Positions 16,889-26,982 of a DNA stretch of 64,000 nucleotides are shown here, piece by piece. The notes under the pieces were generated by a model. The model had not been told where the DNA came from, did not search any database, and was given only the letters and a program-made list of their open reading frames with translations. The position numbers were made by a program, and so were the translations under genes. The stretch covers positions 159,102 through 223,101 of the forward strand of contig JBAYHC010000003.1 in the NCBI GenBank assembly GCA_041666325.1, read 5' to 3'. This DNA is from Patescibacteria group bacterium (GTDB lineage Bacteria > Patescibacteriota > UBA1384 > XYA2-FULL-43-10 > 1-14-0-10-43-13). Within the stretch, counting starts at the first letter, position 1, and each line of letters opens with the position of its first letter.

Positions 16889-18067
16889 TTAATCCGCAGT
16901 TACTTTATAAGCTTTTTTCTTGCCAACTTGAAGAATCATTCCGTCCCGAATTGCTATCACACTACTCGGATCTGAAACTTTTGCACCGTCTACCTTGAGA
17001 CCGCCCTGGACAACAAGTCTTCTGGCCTCAGATTTGGAATTCGTCGCACCTAGAGCTATCAGGAGCATTGGCGGTTCGTAGTTCCCCTCTGCGAGCTCTA
17101 CTGGCGCAAGATCTGTCGGCAGCTCTTTGTTGCTAAAGACTCGAACAAACTCTTCCTCTGCCTTCAATGAATCTTCTGGGCTATGATAAATCGAGACAAT
17201 CTCGCGAGCCAGGGCCATCTTTGCCCCCCTTGGGTTCTGTCCGGCGTCCAGAGTCGACTTGATCGACGCAATTTCATCCTCATTCTTCCCCGTACATAAC
17301 TCAAAGTATGGGACGATCAAGCTATCGGGTACAGACATAACCTTACCGTACATCGTATTGGGTTCTTCGTTGACAGATATGTAATTACCGGCCGATTTGC
17401 TCATCTTTATCTTTCCGTCTGTCCCAACAAGCAATCTCGTGGTAACGATATCCTGAGGACGTTGTCCAACTTTCTTTTGCAGGTCGCGCCCGGCCAGCAA
17501 ATTAAAGATCTGGTCACTTCCGCCGAATTCAACGTCGGCCTCCAATGCGACAGAATCGTAGGCTTGCATTAGAGGATAAAGCATCTCATGCAGAGCAATA
17601 TCAGAACCATCTTCGAGTCTCTTTCGAAAATCTTCTCGCTCAATAATTTGAGCAACGGTAAATTTTCCAGCCAGCAGCAAGACATCATTGAATGTCAGCT
17701 TTGACAACCATTCGGAGTTATATCGAACTTCAGTCTTCTCTACATTGAGAATTTTTCCAACCTGGCTTAAATAGGTTTTTGCATTTTCCTTGATCTCCTC
17801 ATCTGAGAGAATAGGACGAGTAGTATTCCTGCCGGAGGGATCACCAATTTTGGTCGTATAGTCTCCAATTAAAAAAATGATCGTATGACCGTCATCTTGG
17901 AGCTCTTTTAATTTCCATAAAACAACTGCATGCCCCAAATGGATATCAGGTCTCGTCGGATCAACACCATATTTAATTCTGAGTTTGTCGCCCTTTTCCA
18001 GCCTCGCCCTGAGGGACTCTTCGCTGATAACCTTGTCAATTCCTCTTCCAAAAAAATCTTTTCGCAT
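16889..18067 (-). CDS. tyrS: tyrosine--tRNA ligase
   Basis: HLGH motif, KMSKS motif, GDPSGR, and a C-terminal S4-like RRLVVQGGLKVDG. 392 aa. Confidence 0.88.
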   Translation of the reverse strand: MRKDFFGRGIDKVISEESLRARLEKGDKLRIKYGVDPTRPDIHLGHAVVLWKLKELQDDGHTIIFLIGDYTTKIGDPSGRNTTRPILSDEEIKENAKTYLSQVGKILNVEKTEVRYNSEWLSKLTFNDVLLLAGKFTVAQIIEREDFRKRLEDGSDIALHEMLYPLMQAYDSVALEADVEFGGSDQIFNLLAGRDLQKKVGQRPQDIVTTRLLVGTDGKIKMSKSAGNYISVNEEPNTMYGKVMSVPDSLIVPYFELCTGKNEDEIASIKSTLDAGQNPRGAKMALAREIVSIYHSPEDSLKAEEEFVRVFSNKELPTDLAPVELAEGNYEPPMLLIALGATNSKSEARRLVVQGGLKVDGAKVSDPSSVIAIRDGMILQVGKKKAYKVTAD

Positions 18068-18095
18068 AATTCATCTCTTGAATAATAAGCCTTGT

Positions 18096-18117
18096 ACTTG
18101 TACAATATTGTACAAGT
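18096..18117. promoter_or_regulatory. 22-bp perfect palindrome ACTTGTACAATATTGTACAAGT in the divergent tyrS/PBP1A intergenic region
   Basis: Exact dyad symmetry; sits upstream of the PBP1A -35 element. Confidence 0.4.
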
Positions 18118-18123
18118 TTTCCT

Positions 18124-18152
18124 TTTACATACTACCAATCTAGTAGTATAAT
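18124..18152 (+). promoter_or_regulatory. sigma70-like promoter TTTACA-N17-TATAAT for the PBP1A gene; predicts a near-leaderless mRNA
   Basis: -35 at 18124-18129, 17-nt spacer, -10 TATAAT at 18147-18152, ATG at 18164. Confidence 0.5.
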
Positions 18153-18163
18153 GTAAAGCATCT

Positions 18164-20992
18164 ATGAAATTTAGATATAGAAGCAAAGAGACCCAAAGCG
18201 ATAACACCAAAAGAGTGTTTAGGGCACGAAGATTCAAGAGGTTCATCACAAAACGCCTCCCTCTTTATTTGTTGTACTTAACCGCATCTCTCATCTTCAT
18301 GTCTGCAGTTGCTTTTGCCTGGTTCACCAAAGATTTGCCCACGCCATCCAAGATTGCTAGCAGGAAGGCTTCTGAATCAACCAAGATCTACGACAGAACT
18401 GGTAATATTTTGCTATACGAAACTGGTGAACAGAAAAGGACTATTGTCAAAGAGGAGGACATTTCCCAATATCTGAAAGATGCCACAATAGCAACTGAGG
18501 ACACAAAATTTTACCAGCATCATGGCTTCGATAGCCGGGCCATCGCATCAGCCGTACTAGAAAAGGTATTAGGAAGAACAAGTCGGGCAAGGGGCGGATC
18601 AACAATTACTCAGCAATATGTTAAAAACGCCCTCTTAAATTCCAATCGATCTCTCACGCGCAAGGTCAAAGAACTTATTTTGGCAATCGAGCTGGAAGTC
18701 ATGTACAGCAAAGACGATATCCTCACCATGTATCTAAACGAGATCCCATACGGAAACAATACAGCTGGGGCAGAAGCGGCTGCACGAATGTACTACGGCA
18801 AAACTGCCAAGGATCTAACATTGTCTGAGGCCGCAACACTTGCTGGTATCCCCCAAAAACCAACTTATTATTCGCCATACGGCACTCACCTCAACGACCT
18901 CGTCAACCGAAGAAACTATGTCCTTGACCGCATGGTCGGAACTGGAAAGATTTCCAGTGAGGAGGCAGAAAAAGCCAAGCAGGAAGACACCACAACGATA
19001 GGCAAATCACTTCGCCCGCGTCGAGATACTATATTGGCTCCCCACTTCGCGATGTATGTGCTAGAAAAGGTGGCAGAAAAATATGGCGAGGAAAAAGTTC
19101 AGAAAGAGGGGTTGAAAATAATTACCTCTCTCGACTTTGACAAACAAAAAATCGCCGAAGAAGCCATCAATAAGGGCACTGACAAGATCACTAAATATGG
19201 CGCAACAAACGCGGCACTGGTTGCGGTTGACCCCAAGACTGGTCAGATTGTAGCCATGGTTGGTTCGCGAGATTATTTTGATGCTTCAATCGATGGCAAT
19301 GTTAACGTCGCTGATTCATTGCGACAACCAGGATCATCATTCAAGCCTATCGCATACGCTACTGCCTTCAAGAAAAAAGAGTACTCTCCCTCTAAAATAC
19401 TGTTCGATGTTGAAACAGATTTCGGCGGAGGCTATAAACCACAAAACTATAATGGACGATTCAATGGTCCAGTTACTATCCGTACCGCCCTCTCTAACTC
19501 ACTAAACATTCCCGCGGTCAAAATTCTTTCACTGGCAACAATGGATAATGTTCTGCGAACCGCTGATGATATGGGCATCACTACCCTGACTCAGCGCGAA
19601 CGCTATGGTCTTTCTCTTGTCCTTGGTTCCGGTGAAGTACGACCAGTAGAAATGGCTGGAGCGTTCGGTGTTTTCGCGAACGGTGGCATCAAGCATGATT
19701 TAAAAAGCGTGCTTAAAGTAACTGATTCCGATGGCAAGGTTCTCTACGAATACAAGCCCAACAAAGATTTTGGGTCAAAGGTACTTGACCCTCAAGTTGC
19801 CTATGAAATTAGCAACATCCTTTCGGACAATAACGCACGCTCAATGGTTTTTGGTCCAAGATCAGCCCTGTTCTTCCCTGAGAGGCCTGTGGCCGTCAAA
19901 ACCGGCACAACTTCAGATTTCAAAGACGCTTGGACTGTTGGCTATACACCTTCACTCTCAACTGCAGTTTGGGTTGGAAATAGCAATGCCACCAAGATGC
20001 GCCAAGGAGCAGATGGTTCTGTTTTGGCGGCGCCAATATTCCATACATTCGTAGAACAGGCACTCAAGGATGTCAAATCAGAAGAGTTTGCCCGTCCCGA
20101 TGGTATCGTTGAATTGGAAGTAGAAAAATATTCAAACAACTTGGCCACTGAACACTCAAAAGAAAAGACAAAAGACATCTTCGCTAGTTGGCAGGTTCCA
20201 ACCGAGAAGGACAGCACTAATGTGGCGGTCAAGCTATGCTTGGGCACAGATAAGCGTGCACCAGCTGACTTCCCCGACAATCTGACCGAGACAAGAACCG
20301 TGTCCCTGGTTCACTCTGAGAGACCGGACAATCCAAATTGGGAAAACCCTGTTCGCTCATGGGCAGAAGCGAATGGCTATGGCGGAGGATCTATTCCTAG
20401 TGATTACTGCACACAAAAAGACTTCGTGCCGAGCATTTCCATAACTTCCCCACTAGATGGATCAACTGTTTCGGGTGACATAACTATAGGCGCAAACGTC
20501 AGTAGCACATTTGAGGTTAGTTCTGTAGAATTCTTTATCGACGACATATCGATTGGCAGCACAGCTGCACTGCCCTACGCAATCCCCTACAATACAAAAA
20601 ATCTCTCGACAGAGCGAACGCACAAGGTTCAAGCTGTTGCAGTGGACAAGAATGGCTCAACATCCAAAGCCGATATCACAATTGGCATCGCACGGGACCA
20701 AGAGCCCCCCGCAATCAGTCAAATCTCTGCCGTTTCAACCAACGCTACTGCATCAATCTCATGGACAACTTCAGAAGAGACGGTTTCTCAGGTTTTTTAC
20801 GACATTATTGCAAGGCAAGCGCTCTCGGATTATCGGCAAACCAGTACCCGGTCTACCTCGCCTGGCAAAAATCATTCTGCGTCACTCTCAGCACTCACCC
20901 CCAACACAAGATATTACTACCGAGTAGTTTCAACAGATTCCAACGGAAACTCAACTGCTTCAGAAGAGAGAACTTTTGTTACCCTGCCCTAA
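18164..20992 (+). CDS. class A penicillin-binding protein (PBP1A-type transglycosylase/transpeptidase) with a C-terminal Ig/FN3-like extension
   Basis: GT51 motifs EDTKFYQHHGFD and GGSTITQQ. Transpeptidase motifs SSFKP, SNS and KTGT. About 250 extra C-terminal residues that look beta-rich. Confidence 0.88.
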   Translation: MKFRYRSKETQSDNTKRVFRARRFKRFITKRLPLYLLYLTASLIFMSAVAFAWFTKDLPTPSKIASRKASESTKIYDRTGNILLYETGEQKRTIVKEEDISQYLKDATIATEDTKFYQHHGFDSRAIASAVLEKVLGRTSRARGGSTITQQYVKNALLNSNRSLTRKVKELILAIELEVMYSKDDILTMYLNEIPYGNNTAGAEAAARMYYGKTAKDLTLSEAATLAGIPQKPTYYSPYGTHLNDLVNRRNYVLDRMVGTGKISSEEAEKAKQEDTTTIGKSLRPRRDTILAPHFAMYVLEKVAEKYGEEKVQKEGLKIITSLDFDKQKIAEEAINKGTDKITKYGATNAALVAVDPKTGQIVAMVGSRDYFDASIDGNVNVADSLRQPGSSFKPIAYATAFKKKEYSPSKILFDVETDFGGGYKPQNYNGRFNGPVTIRTALSNSLNIPAVKILSLATMDNVLRTADDMGITTLTQRERYGLSLVLGSGEVRPVEMAGAFGVFANGGIKHDLKSVLKVTDSDGKVLYEYKPNKDFGSKVLDPQVAYEISNILSDNNARSMVFGPRSALFFPERPVAVKTGTTSDFKDAWTVGYTPSLSTAVWVGNSNATKMRQGADGSVLAAPIFHTFVEQALKDVKSEEFARPDGIVELEVEKYSNNLATEHSKEKTKDIFASWQVPTEKDSTNVAVKLCLGTDKRAPADFPDNLTETRTVSLVHSERPDNPNWENPVRSWAEANGYGGGSIPSDYCTQKDFVPSISITSPLDGSTVSGDITIGANVSSTFEVSSVEFFIDDISIGSTAALPYAIPYNTKNLSTERTHKVQAVAVDKNGSTSKADITIGIARDQEPPAISQISAVSTNATASISWTTSEETVSQVFYDIIARQALSDYRQTSTRSTSPGKNHSASLSALTPNTRYYYRVVSTDSNGNSTASEERTFVTLP

Positions 20993-22284
20993 GAAATTTG
21001 CTCAGCAAGCTGTGCAACGTTTTTGAGACTATTTACCGGCTTAAATCCAAGACTACTGGCTTCTTTTTCGCGATCTAATTGGCGCCTTACCGTGCGGACT
21101 TCTCCCGACAGACCCACCTCACCAAAGATACAAGACTTCACTGGCAAAGGCCTGCCCTTGTATGATGAAATAATTGCCGCACAAACAGCGAGGTCGGCTG
21201 CTGGTTCAGATAATTTTATTCCACCGATCACATTGAGATAAATATCAGAGTTGCCCAAGTTGATTCTAGTTGTTTTGCTAATAACGGCAGCCAATAGATT
21301 CACACGGTTCAAATCAAAGCCCGAGCTAGTTCTTTTGGGGTAACCAAAGTTTGTCGATACCACCAGGGCCTGAACCTCAACCAGAAGCGGCCTGGTACCT
21401 TCTAGTGCAACCGTGATGACATTGCCGGGATTATCCCTATACTCAGCTAAAAAAAGTTCTGACGGATTCGTTACCTCAACCAACCCCTTTTCCTGTATAG
21501 AAAATATACCAACTTCATTGGTGGCGCCGAAGCGATTCTTTATGCCGCGAAGTAAACGTGCATCGTGAAAACGATCTCCCTCAAAGTACAAAACAACATC
21601 TACGATATGCTCAAGCATTCGTGGCCCAGCCAGAACACCATCCTTTGTCACATGGCCTACGATAATTATTGGTATGCCGGATATTTTTGCTAGACGTTGC
21701 AGGAATATCCCACATTCCCTGACCTGGGTAACACTTCCCGCCGTCCCTGTAACCGAGTTAAGGTAAACAGTTTGAATTGAATCTACAATGACAAGACTTG
21801 GCTTGGTTGCAAGAATCCTGTTCTCAAGGGCCTCCAGGTCACCGCTAGAGATTAATTCTAGGTCAGGAGAGGTAATACCGAGACGATTAGCCCTTTCTTT
21901 AATCTGGCTAGCGGATTCTTCGGCGCTAACATAGAGCGTATTAGAAATGTTATCTGAAGTTTGGAGCAGTATTGTTGACTTGCCAATACCAGGCTCACCG
22001 CCAATGAGAACCATTGATCCTGGTACAATACCACCACCCAAAACCCGATCAAACTCAGATATCCCAGTGGTAATCCGAAAATTATTTTCTACATTAACGT
22101 CAGCCAACTTCTTGGGAATAAGCTTGGGCTGAGTTTTAATACTTTGACCCCCCTGTGACATTTCGGGTATTGTCATCTCAGAGATGGTATTCCACTCGCC
22201 GCACGCACCACACTGGCCAGACCAAGCAGAGAAATCGTTTCCACAGTTGCTGCAAAAAAATACCTTCTTGGCTTTCTTAGTCAT
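20989..22284 (-). CDS. radA: DNA repair protein RadA/Sms
   Basis: N-terminal Zn finger CSNCGNDFSAWSGQCGACGEW, Walker A GGEPGIGKST, the KNRFG motif, and a Lon-like C-terminal domain. Confidence 0.88.
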   Translation of the reverse strand: MTKKAKKVFFCSNCGNDFSAWSGQCGACGEWNTISEMTIPEMSQGGQSIKTQPKLIPKKLADVNVENNFRITTGISEFDRVLGGGIVPGSMVLIGGEPGIGKSTILLQTSDNISNTLYVSAEESASQIKERANRLGITSPDLELISSGDLEALENRILATKPSLVIVDSIQTVYLNSVTGTAGSVTQVRECGIFLQRLAKISGIPIIIVGHVTKDGVLAGPRMLEHIVDVVLYFEGDRFHDARLLRGIKNRFGATNEVGIFSIQEKGLVEVTNPSELFLAEYRDNPGNVITVALEGTRPLLVEVQALVVSTNFGYPKRTSSGFDLNRVNLLAAVISKTTRINLGNSDIYLNVIGGIKLSEPAADLAVCAAIISSYKGRPLPVKSCIFGEVGLSGEVRTVRRQLDREKEASSLGFKPVNSLKNVAQLAEQIS

Positions 22285-23950
22285 GCTTCCTCATATCTAA
22301 TATATTGAGACACACCTCCGACGAACCATTCCATGTGTCAAGATTCAAATAAAAAGCTACATCATAGTCACCATGCAAAAGATCCTTATCCGAAAAATTG
22401 AAAAATATAGACTTCAACCGCTTGGAATCCTTGCAAACCCGTAAACTCAGGTGGTTCTTTGCACTGCCCACGAGTCTTGTGTCTTGTAATGTCACCCCTC
22501 TCAAGACAAAAATTGGCTTATTGTTTCCCAGACCAAAGGGTTGCAGCTGATCTATTTTATCATACAGACGCTCATTGATATCGAATGCGTCGAGCTCCGC
22601 ATCAATAAACAATTTTCTCACTAACAAACTTTCATCAATTTCACGGTTCGAGACAGCTGTCATTGCCTCGACAAAGGCAGGAAAAGATTCTTTCTTGACA
22701 GTTAGGCCGGCTGCCCCACTGTGACCGCCGAATTTCTCCACACTCGATGATACTTTCTCTATTAAGTCTAAAATATGCACCCCTTCAACACTGCGGGCGC
22801 TTCCCGTCAATACATCACCCTCATCGGCAAAAACAAAAGACGGCCGATAGAATTTTTCCGTGAGTCGACTGGCAGGAGGACCAAGCACACCTCGCTCCCA
22901 CTTTCCCTTTACGATGATGACTTTGCCCTGAAACTTGTCCAAATTAATCTGAGCCAGTGATTCCTCAAAAACCTTCTCCATCATTTTCTGACGCTCAGTA
23001 TTTTTAACATTCAGAAGCTCTGCGTCTCTCTTGGCTTTAGACACATCATTTGTTGTCAAAAGCTCATACGATCTGACAGCATGGTCAATTCTTCCGGGCG
23101 TATTAACCCTCGGACCAATCTGGAAGCCAACAGAATAAGCATCAACCTTAGACGGCACAATGCCAGAAACTACTATTAATTCCCGCAATCCTAAGTTGCG
23201 ACTTTTCCTCATCACGTCAAGTCCATACTTAGCAAAAACACGGTTTTCGCCTGTCAACGGAACCATATCTGCTATTGTTGAAAGCGCGACCAAATCTAAA
23301 TTCCATTTCAGGAACGATTCGCTTATCTCCGGAAAAATCGAGGAAAGAGCCTGAATTAGTTTGTATGCCACACCACAGCCGCAGAGGTTTTGGTATGGAT
23401 ACACGCACTTCTCCAACTTTGGGTTGATGACAGCAAATGCATCCGGAATCTTGTCTCCGGGCAGATGGTGATCAGTTATTATCAGATCAACCATCTTATC
23501 CTGGCAGTACTGAGCCTCAACTGTATTTCTAATTCCTAAATCAATCGAAATTATTAACGCGCACCCCTTCTCGATAAGATAGTCAATGCCACGTTGGCTA
23601 AGGCCATAACCGTCGGCCCTGGTTGGAATATAAATTTCAGTATCTACCCCGATCTTTTGTAGCGCTCGGAACATAAGTGCCGCACCAGGTACGCCGTCTG
23701 CATCATAGTCAGCAAAAATGCCAATCTTCTCGGCTCTCTCTTTCGCTCCTCGAATCCTCTCAACAGCTTTTGCCATATCAGGAAGAAGAAAGGGGTCATG
23801 AACCCCTGTATCAAAGCTGGGATTGATGATCTCTTCAACATGGGGATCTTTCTCTGTGCCAAGAAAGCCGCGGTTCGCCAAAATCTGGAGTATGATTTCG
23901 TCATACTTTTTTTCGGCTATTATCCAGTTTTTTTCTAGTAAGCTCTCCAA
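22277..23950 (-). CDS. recJ: single-stranded-DNA-specific exonuclease RecJ
   Basis: DHH motifs (DYDADGV, ITDHH), a DHHA1 region, and a C-terminal OB domain. 557 aa. Confidence 0.85.
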   Translation of the reverse strand: MESLLEKNWIIAEKKYDEIILQILANRGFLGTEKDPHVEEIINPSFDTGVHDPFLLPDMAKAVERIRGAKERAEKIGIFADYDADGVPGAALMFRALQKIGVDTEIYIPTRADGYGLSQRGIDYLIEKGCALIISIDLGIRNTVEAQYCQDKMVDLIITDHHLPGDKIPDAFAVINPKLEKCVYPYQNLCGCGVAYKLIQALSSIFPEISESFLKWNLDLVALSTIADMVPLTGENRVFAKYGLDVMRKSRNLGLRELIVVSGIVPSKVDAYSVGFQIGPRVNTPGRIDHAVRSYELLTTNDVSKAKRDAELLNVKNTERQKMMEKVFEESLAQINLDKFQGKVIIVKGKWERGVLGPPASRLTEKFYRPSFVFADEGDVLTGSARSVEGVHILDLIEKVSSSVEKFGGHSGAAGLTVKKESFPAFVEAMTAVSNREIDESLLVRKLFIDAELDAFDINERLYDKIDQLQPFGLGNNKPIFVLRGVTLQDTRLVGSAKNHLSLRVCKDSKRLKSIFFNFSDKDLLHGDYDVAFYLNLDTWNGSSEVCLNILDMRKHD

Positions 23951-23989
23951 TTTTCCTCTCTGCCCGCCTCTCCGTCGTTTTTGATCTAT

Positions 23990-24802
23990 CTACTTGTAGT
24001 AGGCCCAACCATCGATTCTTAGATCAACATACTCGTGCACATCACCCCTCTTCTCCACTAGAACCTTTTTTAAATTATCGAGCTGTTTCTTGCTTGATCT
24101 CATAGTGTTCAGTTTGACATAAAAGCCAGCTTCTGTGTGCAACACAACATCAAATGTTGTTTCCTCAACCTCAAAAAAAGTTGGCTTAATGTTAGTGGCA
24201 TCAAAAAATTGAGAATACACGTTGGTAATAAAGCTCACAAAATTGGGAGAAACGAGTATCAGTCCTGGCTCAGCTGTAATATTTTTTTTATCAATGATCA
24301 GAGGAGGCGTACCGATCTTTGACTCGTCACCCGCCGCAACCTTTCTGATGGCCTCACCATTAGAATTAATAATATATTTGTTCTCTCCGGATTGCCAGAG
24401 AACACGAGCGTCTTTTTCCTGAACAACTATTTTGATGGCATTCGGAATTCCACGATAAATCTCCAGATCATTTATTTCTGGAAACTGTATTAGTAGGTCT
24501 TGCTTTAGCTTAGCAGCATGCAGCCTAAAAATGTTTAGCCCCCTTGGCACAGTACTCGCTATTGTCTCAGAAGGCAGAAGATTGCCGCCCTCGACTATAA
24601 CCTCTGATATTTTAAAGACATTCGAAAAAAATACAAAATAAACAGACGAGCCAAGAAGTGCAAGAAAAAGCACTAATCTCATACCAGACTTGGATAGAAC
24701 AATTTTGTCTTGTATCTGGTTCGAGCCGTAAACTAGAGGCGAGCGGTAATTACCTCGTCTTCTATTAATGGATGATCGATTTTTTCTATAAAGTGCTACC
24801 AT
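23990..24802 (-). CDS. ftsQ: cell division protein FtsQ/DivIB
   Basis: N-terminal TM plus POTRA-like domain. Position between murB and recJ within the dcw cluster. Confidence 0.7.
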   Translation of the reverse strand: MVALYRKNRSSINRRRGNYRSPLVYGSNQIQDKIVLSKSGMRLVLFLALLGSSVYFVFFSNVFKISEVIVEGGNLLPSETIASTVPRGLNIFRLHAAKLKQDLLIQFPEINDLEIYRGIPNAIKIVVQEKDARVLWQSGENKYIINSNGEAIRKVAAGDESKIGTPPLIIDKKNITAEPGLILVSPNFVSFITNVYSQFFDATNIKPTFFEVEETTFDVVLHTEAGFYVKLNTMRSSKKQLDNLKKVLVEKRGDVHEYVDLRIDGWAYYK

Positions 24803-25725
24803 TTTCCGACATATCCTATAGATTCCTCTAAGACAATACCTGTGCGACCTACAACCCGCTGCTTCATGGCCTCGATCAACGCTCTGACATCGCCAGCTTT
24901 TGCATTACGGTAATTTACTATTGAGTTTGAGTGGTCCCTGAGGACCCTTGCCCCACCAACCTTTAGAGAACTAACCCTGGCTAAATCAAGACATGATTCA
25001 GCTGTCCTAAATTCATCTGGATCCTTGAAAATATTGATTATGGCCTTGTCGATCCTTGTGATCTTGGCCCGGTTGCCGTATTCACGAACGAGTCTTAATA
25101 TTTCGTCCTTCCGTCTCCGCGTGAGCTGCAACCTAGCTGTCAAAATTACTGGACCGAAAGATGTAACGCCAAGATTTTTTAGTTTTGTAGTACCATTACC
25201 AAAACTCATCCAGTGCGCAGGATAGCTCTCGACAGATAGCTCTCCACCTTTATTTAACAATATAGTTATTGATTTTACAAAATCACCTATACTTAATTTA
25301 TTTTGCCCAATATTCCCATACAGAGCGCTACCAACAGTGTCCGGCTGACCGGTAAGAAACTCCAATCCGCCCAGATCTCTCCCTGCAGACAAATTGATCA
25401 AGCTCGGAAGGTCAACACCGGAATCAACTATTACCTCCGAGGAATCCGGGCTAAAAATTATATTATTGCTCTCATTCTTGATGACTATGCCATCAAAACC
25501 TTCATCTGAAAGTATTATCTTCTGACACCTTCCCACAACCAGATAGGGGATATTCTGCCTGCACGCAAACGCAACAGCATTTCCCAACTGGTTGATGTTA
25601 GTGGCAACATAGAAGTACCGGACGGTCCCTCCGACTCCCAGTGGCGAGCATAAAGAAAATTGCACATTTTCTTTCAACCCTTCGCCAAGTAAATTAACTG
25701 GTAAGTCAGTGGTTTGGTTGCTCAT
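24796..25725 (-). CDS. murB: UDP-N-acetylenolpyruvoylglucosamine reductase
   Basis: FAD-binding N-terminus LGVGGTVRYF and a MurB C-terminal domain. dcw context. Confidence 0.8.
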   Translation of the reverse strand: MSNQTTDLPVNLLGEGLKENVQFSLCSPLGVGGTVRYFYVATNINQLGNAVAFACRQNIPYLVVGRCQKIILSDEGFDGIVIKNESNNIIFSPDSSEVIVDSGVDLPSLINLSAGRDLGGLEFLTGQPDTVGSALYGNIGQNKLSIGDFVKSITILLNKGGELSVESYPAHWMSFGNGTTKLKNLGVTSFGPVILTARLQLTRRRKDEILRLVREYGNRAKITRIDKAIINIFKDPDEFRTAESCLDLARVSSLKVGGARVLRDHSNSIVNYRNAKAGDVRALIEAMKQRVVGRTGIVLEESIGYVGKW

Positions 25726-26981
25726 CTGCTCGCGAGCTCCTGTGCAATCAGATAGACGGGGGGGATACCTATTGTAAGCAAGACGCTATCAGCGTCAAGA
25801 TGCTCCGAGAGATATGAAACGATAGCATTATCGTCGTCCATTAGTTTGGCTAATTGCTTGCCGTTGTTGATGCCATCAACCAGATCCTGCGAGTCGATGT
25901 CCACCTTCTCGTCTCTACCCGGCACAAAGTAAATTGGCTTAACAATGACTTCCGACGCCCCATCAAAAGATCGTGTAAACTTAGATAGAAGAGACCTGAT
26001 TCGCTTATACTGATGCGGCCAGAATACGACATATTTTCGCTTATCAGGATATCGTTCTGACAATGCGTCTATAGTCGCTTTAATCTCACTTGGGTGATGC
26101 CCATAATCATCAATCAGGTCAGCGCCATTGTATTTACCTACAAGCTCAAACCGTCTGTGTGCTCCTGTAAATGTTGCGAAAACACTTTTCAGGGCATCGT
26201 CACCTATCCCCAGTTGATCTGCCAGTGCGACAATGGCGAGAGCGTTTTGGATATTGTGGTTCCCTGGTATAGATAGATCGTAAATAAAACTATTATATTT
26301 TTCAGATGAAAAACCGTATGGAATTTTCTTTGCCTTACTATCTGATCCCTCAACAAGTTCACGAACATTTGTATCGTCGTGACAATAGATAATAGCGCCA
26401 TTACTCGAAACGTGTTTAAGATAATCAGCAAAGGCCTCAGTTATCTCAGGTAATCCGCCGGGATAAGTATCAAGGTGCTCCTCTTCAATATTTGTTAATA
26501 TCAGGATTTCCGGATAAACATCCAGAAAGCTTCTGTCATATTCGCACACCTCTGCTACAAACCAGTCAGATCGACCGAACCGGAGTACTCCCCCGAACTC
26601 CTTGATCTCCTCACCCACCAACACCGTTGGGTCATATCCGGCCTTATCGAGCAATAGACCAGCCATGGCTGTAATTGTCGTCTTGCCGTGCATACCAGAC
26701 ACAGCAACAAGGTGTTTATCTTGCGTTATTTCACCCAACAATTCAGACCGCTTTATCACCTTGATTCCGCGACGGTTTGACTCCTCTACCTCGACCCAAC
26801 CTGGTGATCCTGGACTAACTGCGGATGTTCGCACAACAATGTCAGTCCCCTCCAAGACATTTTTGGCCTGATGGCCGCCACTCTTGAGGTCAGAACCAGA
26901 AACATTGTGGCCCATCAGCTCCATATATTCCTTGAGGCCCCGCATCGAAACACCCCTATCACCTATAAAATGATATTTCAT
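25722..26981 (-). CDS. murC: UDP-N-acetylmuramate--L-alanine ligase
   Basis: N-terminus MKYHFIGDRGVSMRGL (HFIG-GG motif) and Mur ligase GxxGKT-like GMHGKTT. ATG at 26979-26981 with a GGAG RBS; the track ORF uses a TTG 33 nt upstream. Confidence 0.82.
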   Translation of the reverse strand: MKYHFIGDRGVSMRGLKEYMELMGHNVSGSDLKSGGHQAKNVLEGTDIVVRTSAVSPGSPGWVEVEESNRRGIKVIKRSELLGEITQDKHLVAVSGMHGKTTITAMAGLLLDKAGYDPTVLVGEEIKEFGGVLRFGRSDWFVAEVCEYDRSFLDVYPEILILTNIEEEHLDTYPGGLPEITEAFADYLKHVSSNGAIIYCHDDTNVRELVEGSDSKAKKIPYGFSSEKYNSFIYDLSIPGNHNIQNALAIVALADQLGIGDDALKSVFATFTGAHRRFELVGKYNGADLIDDYGHHPSEIKATIDALSERYPDKRKYVVFWPHQYKRIRSLLSKFTRSFDGASEVIVKPIYFVPGRDEKVDIDSQDLVDGINNGKQLAKLMDDDNAIVSYLSEHLDADSVLLTIGIPPVYLIAQELASR

Positions 26982-26982
26982 T

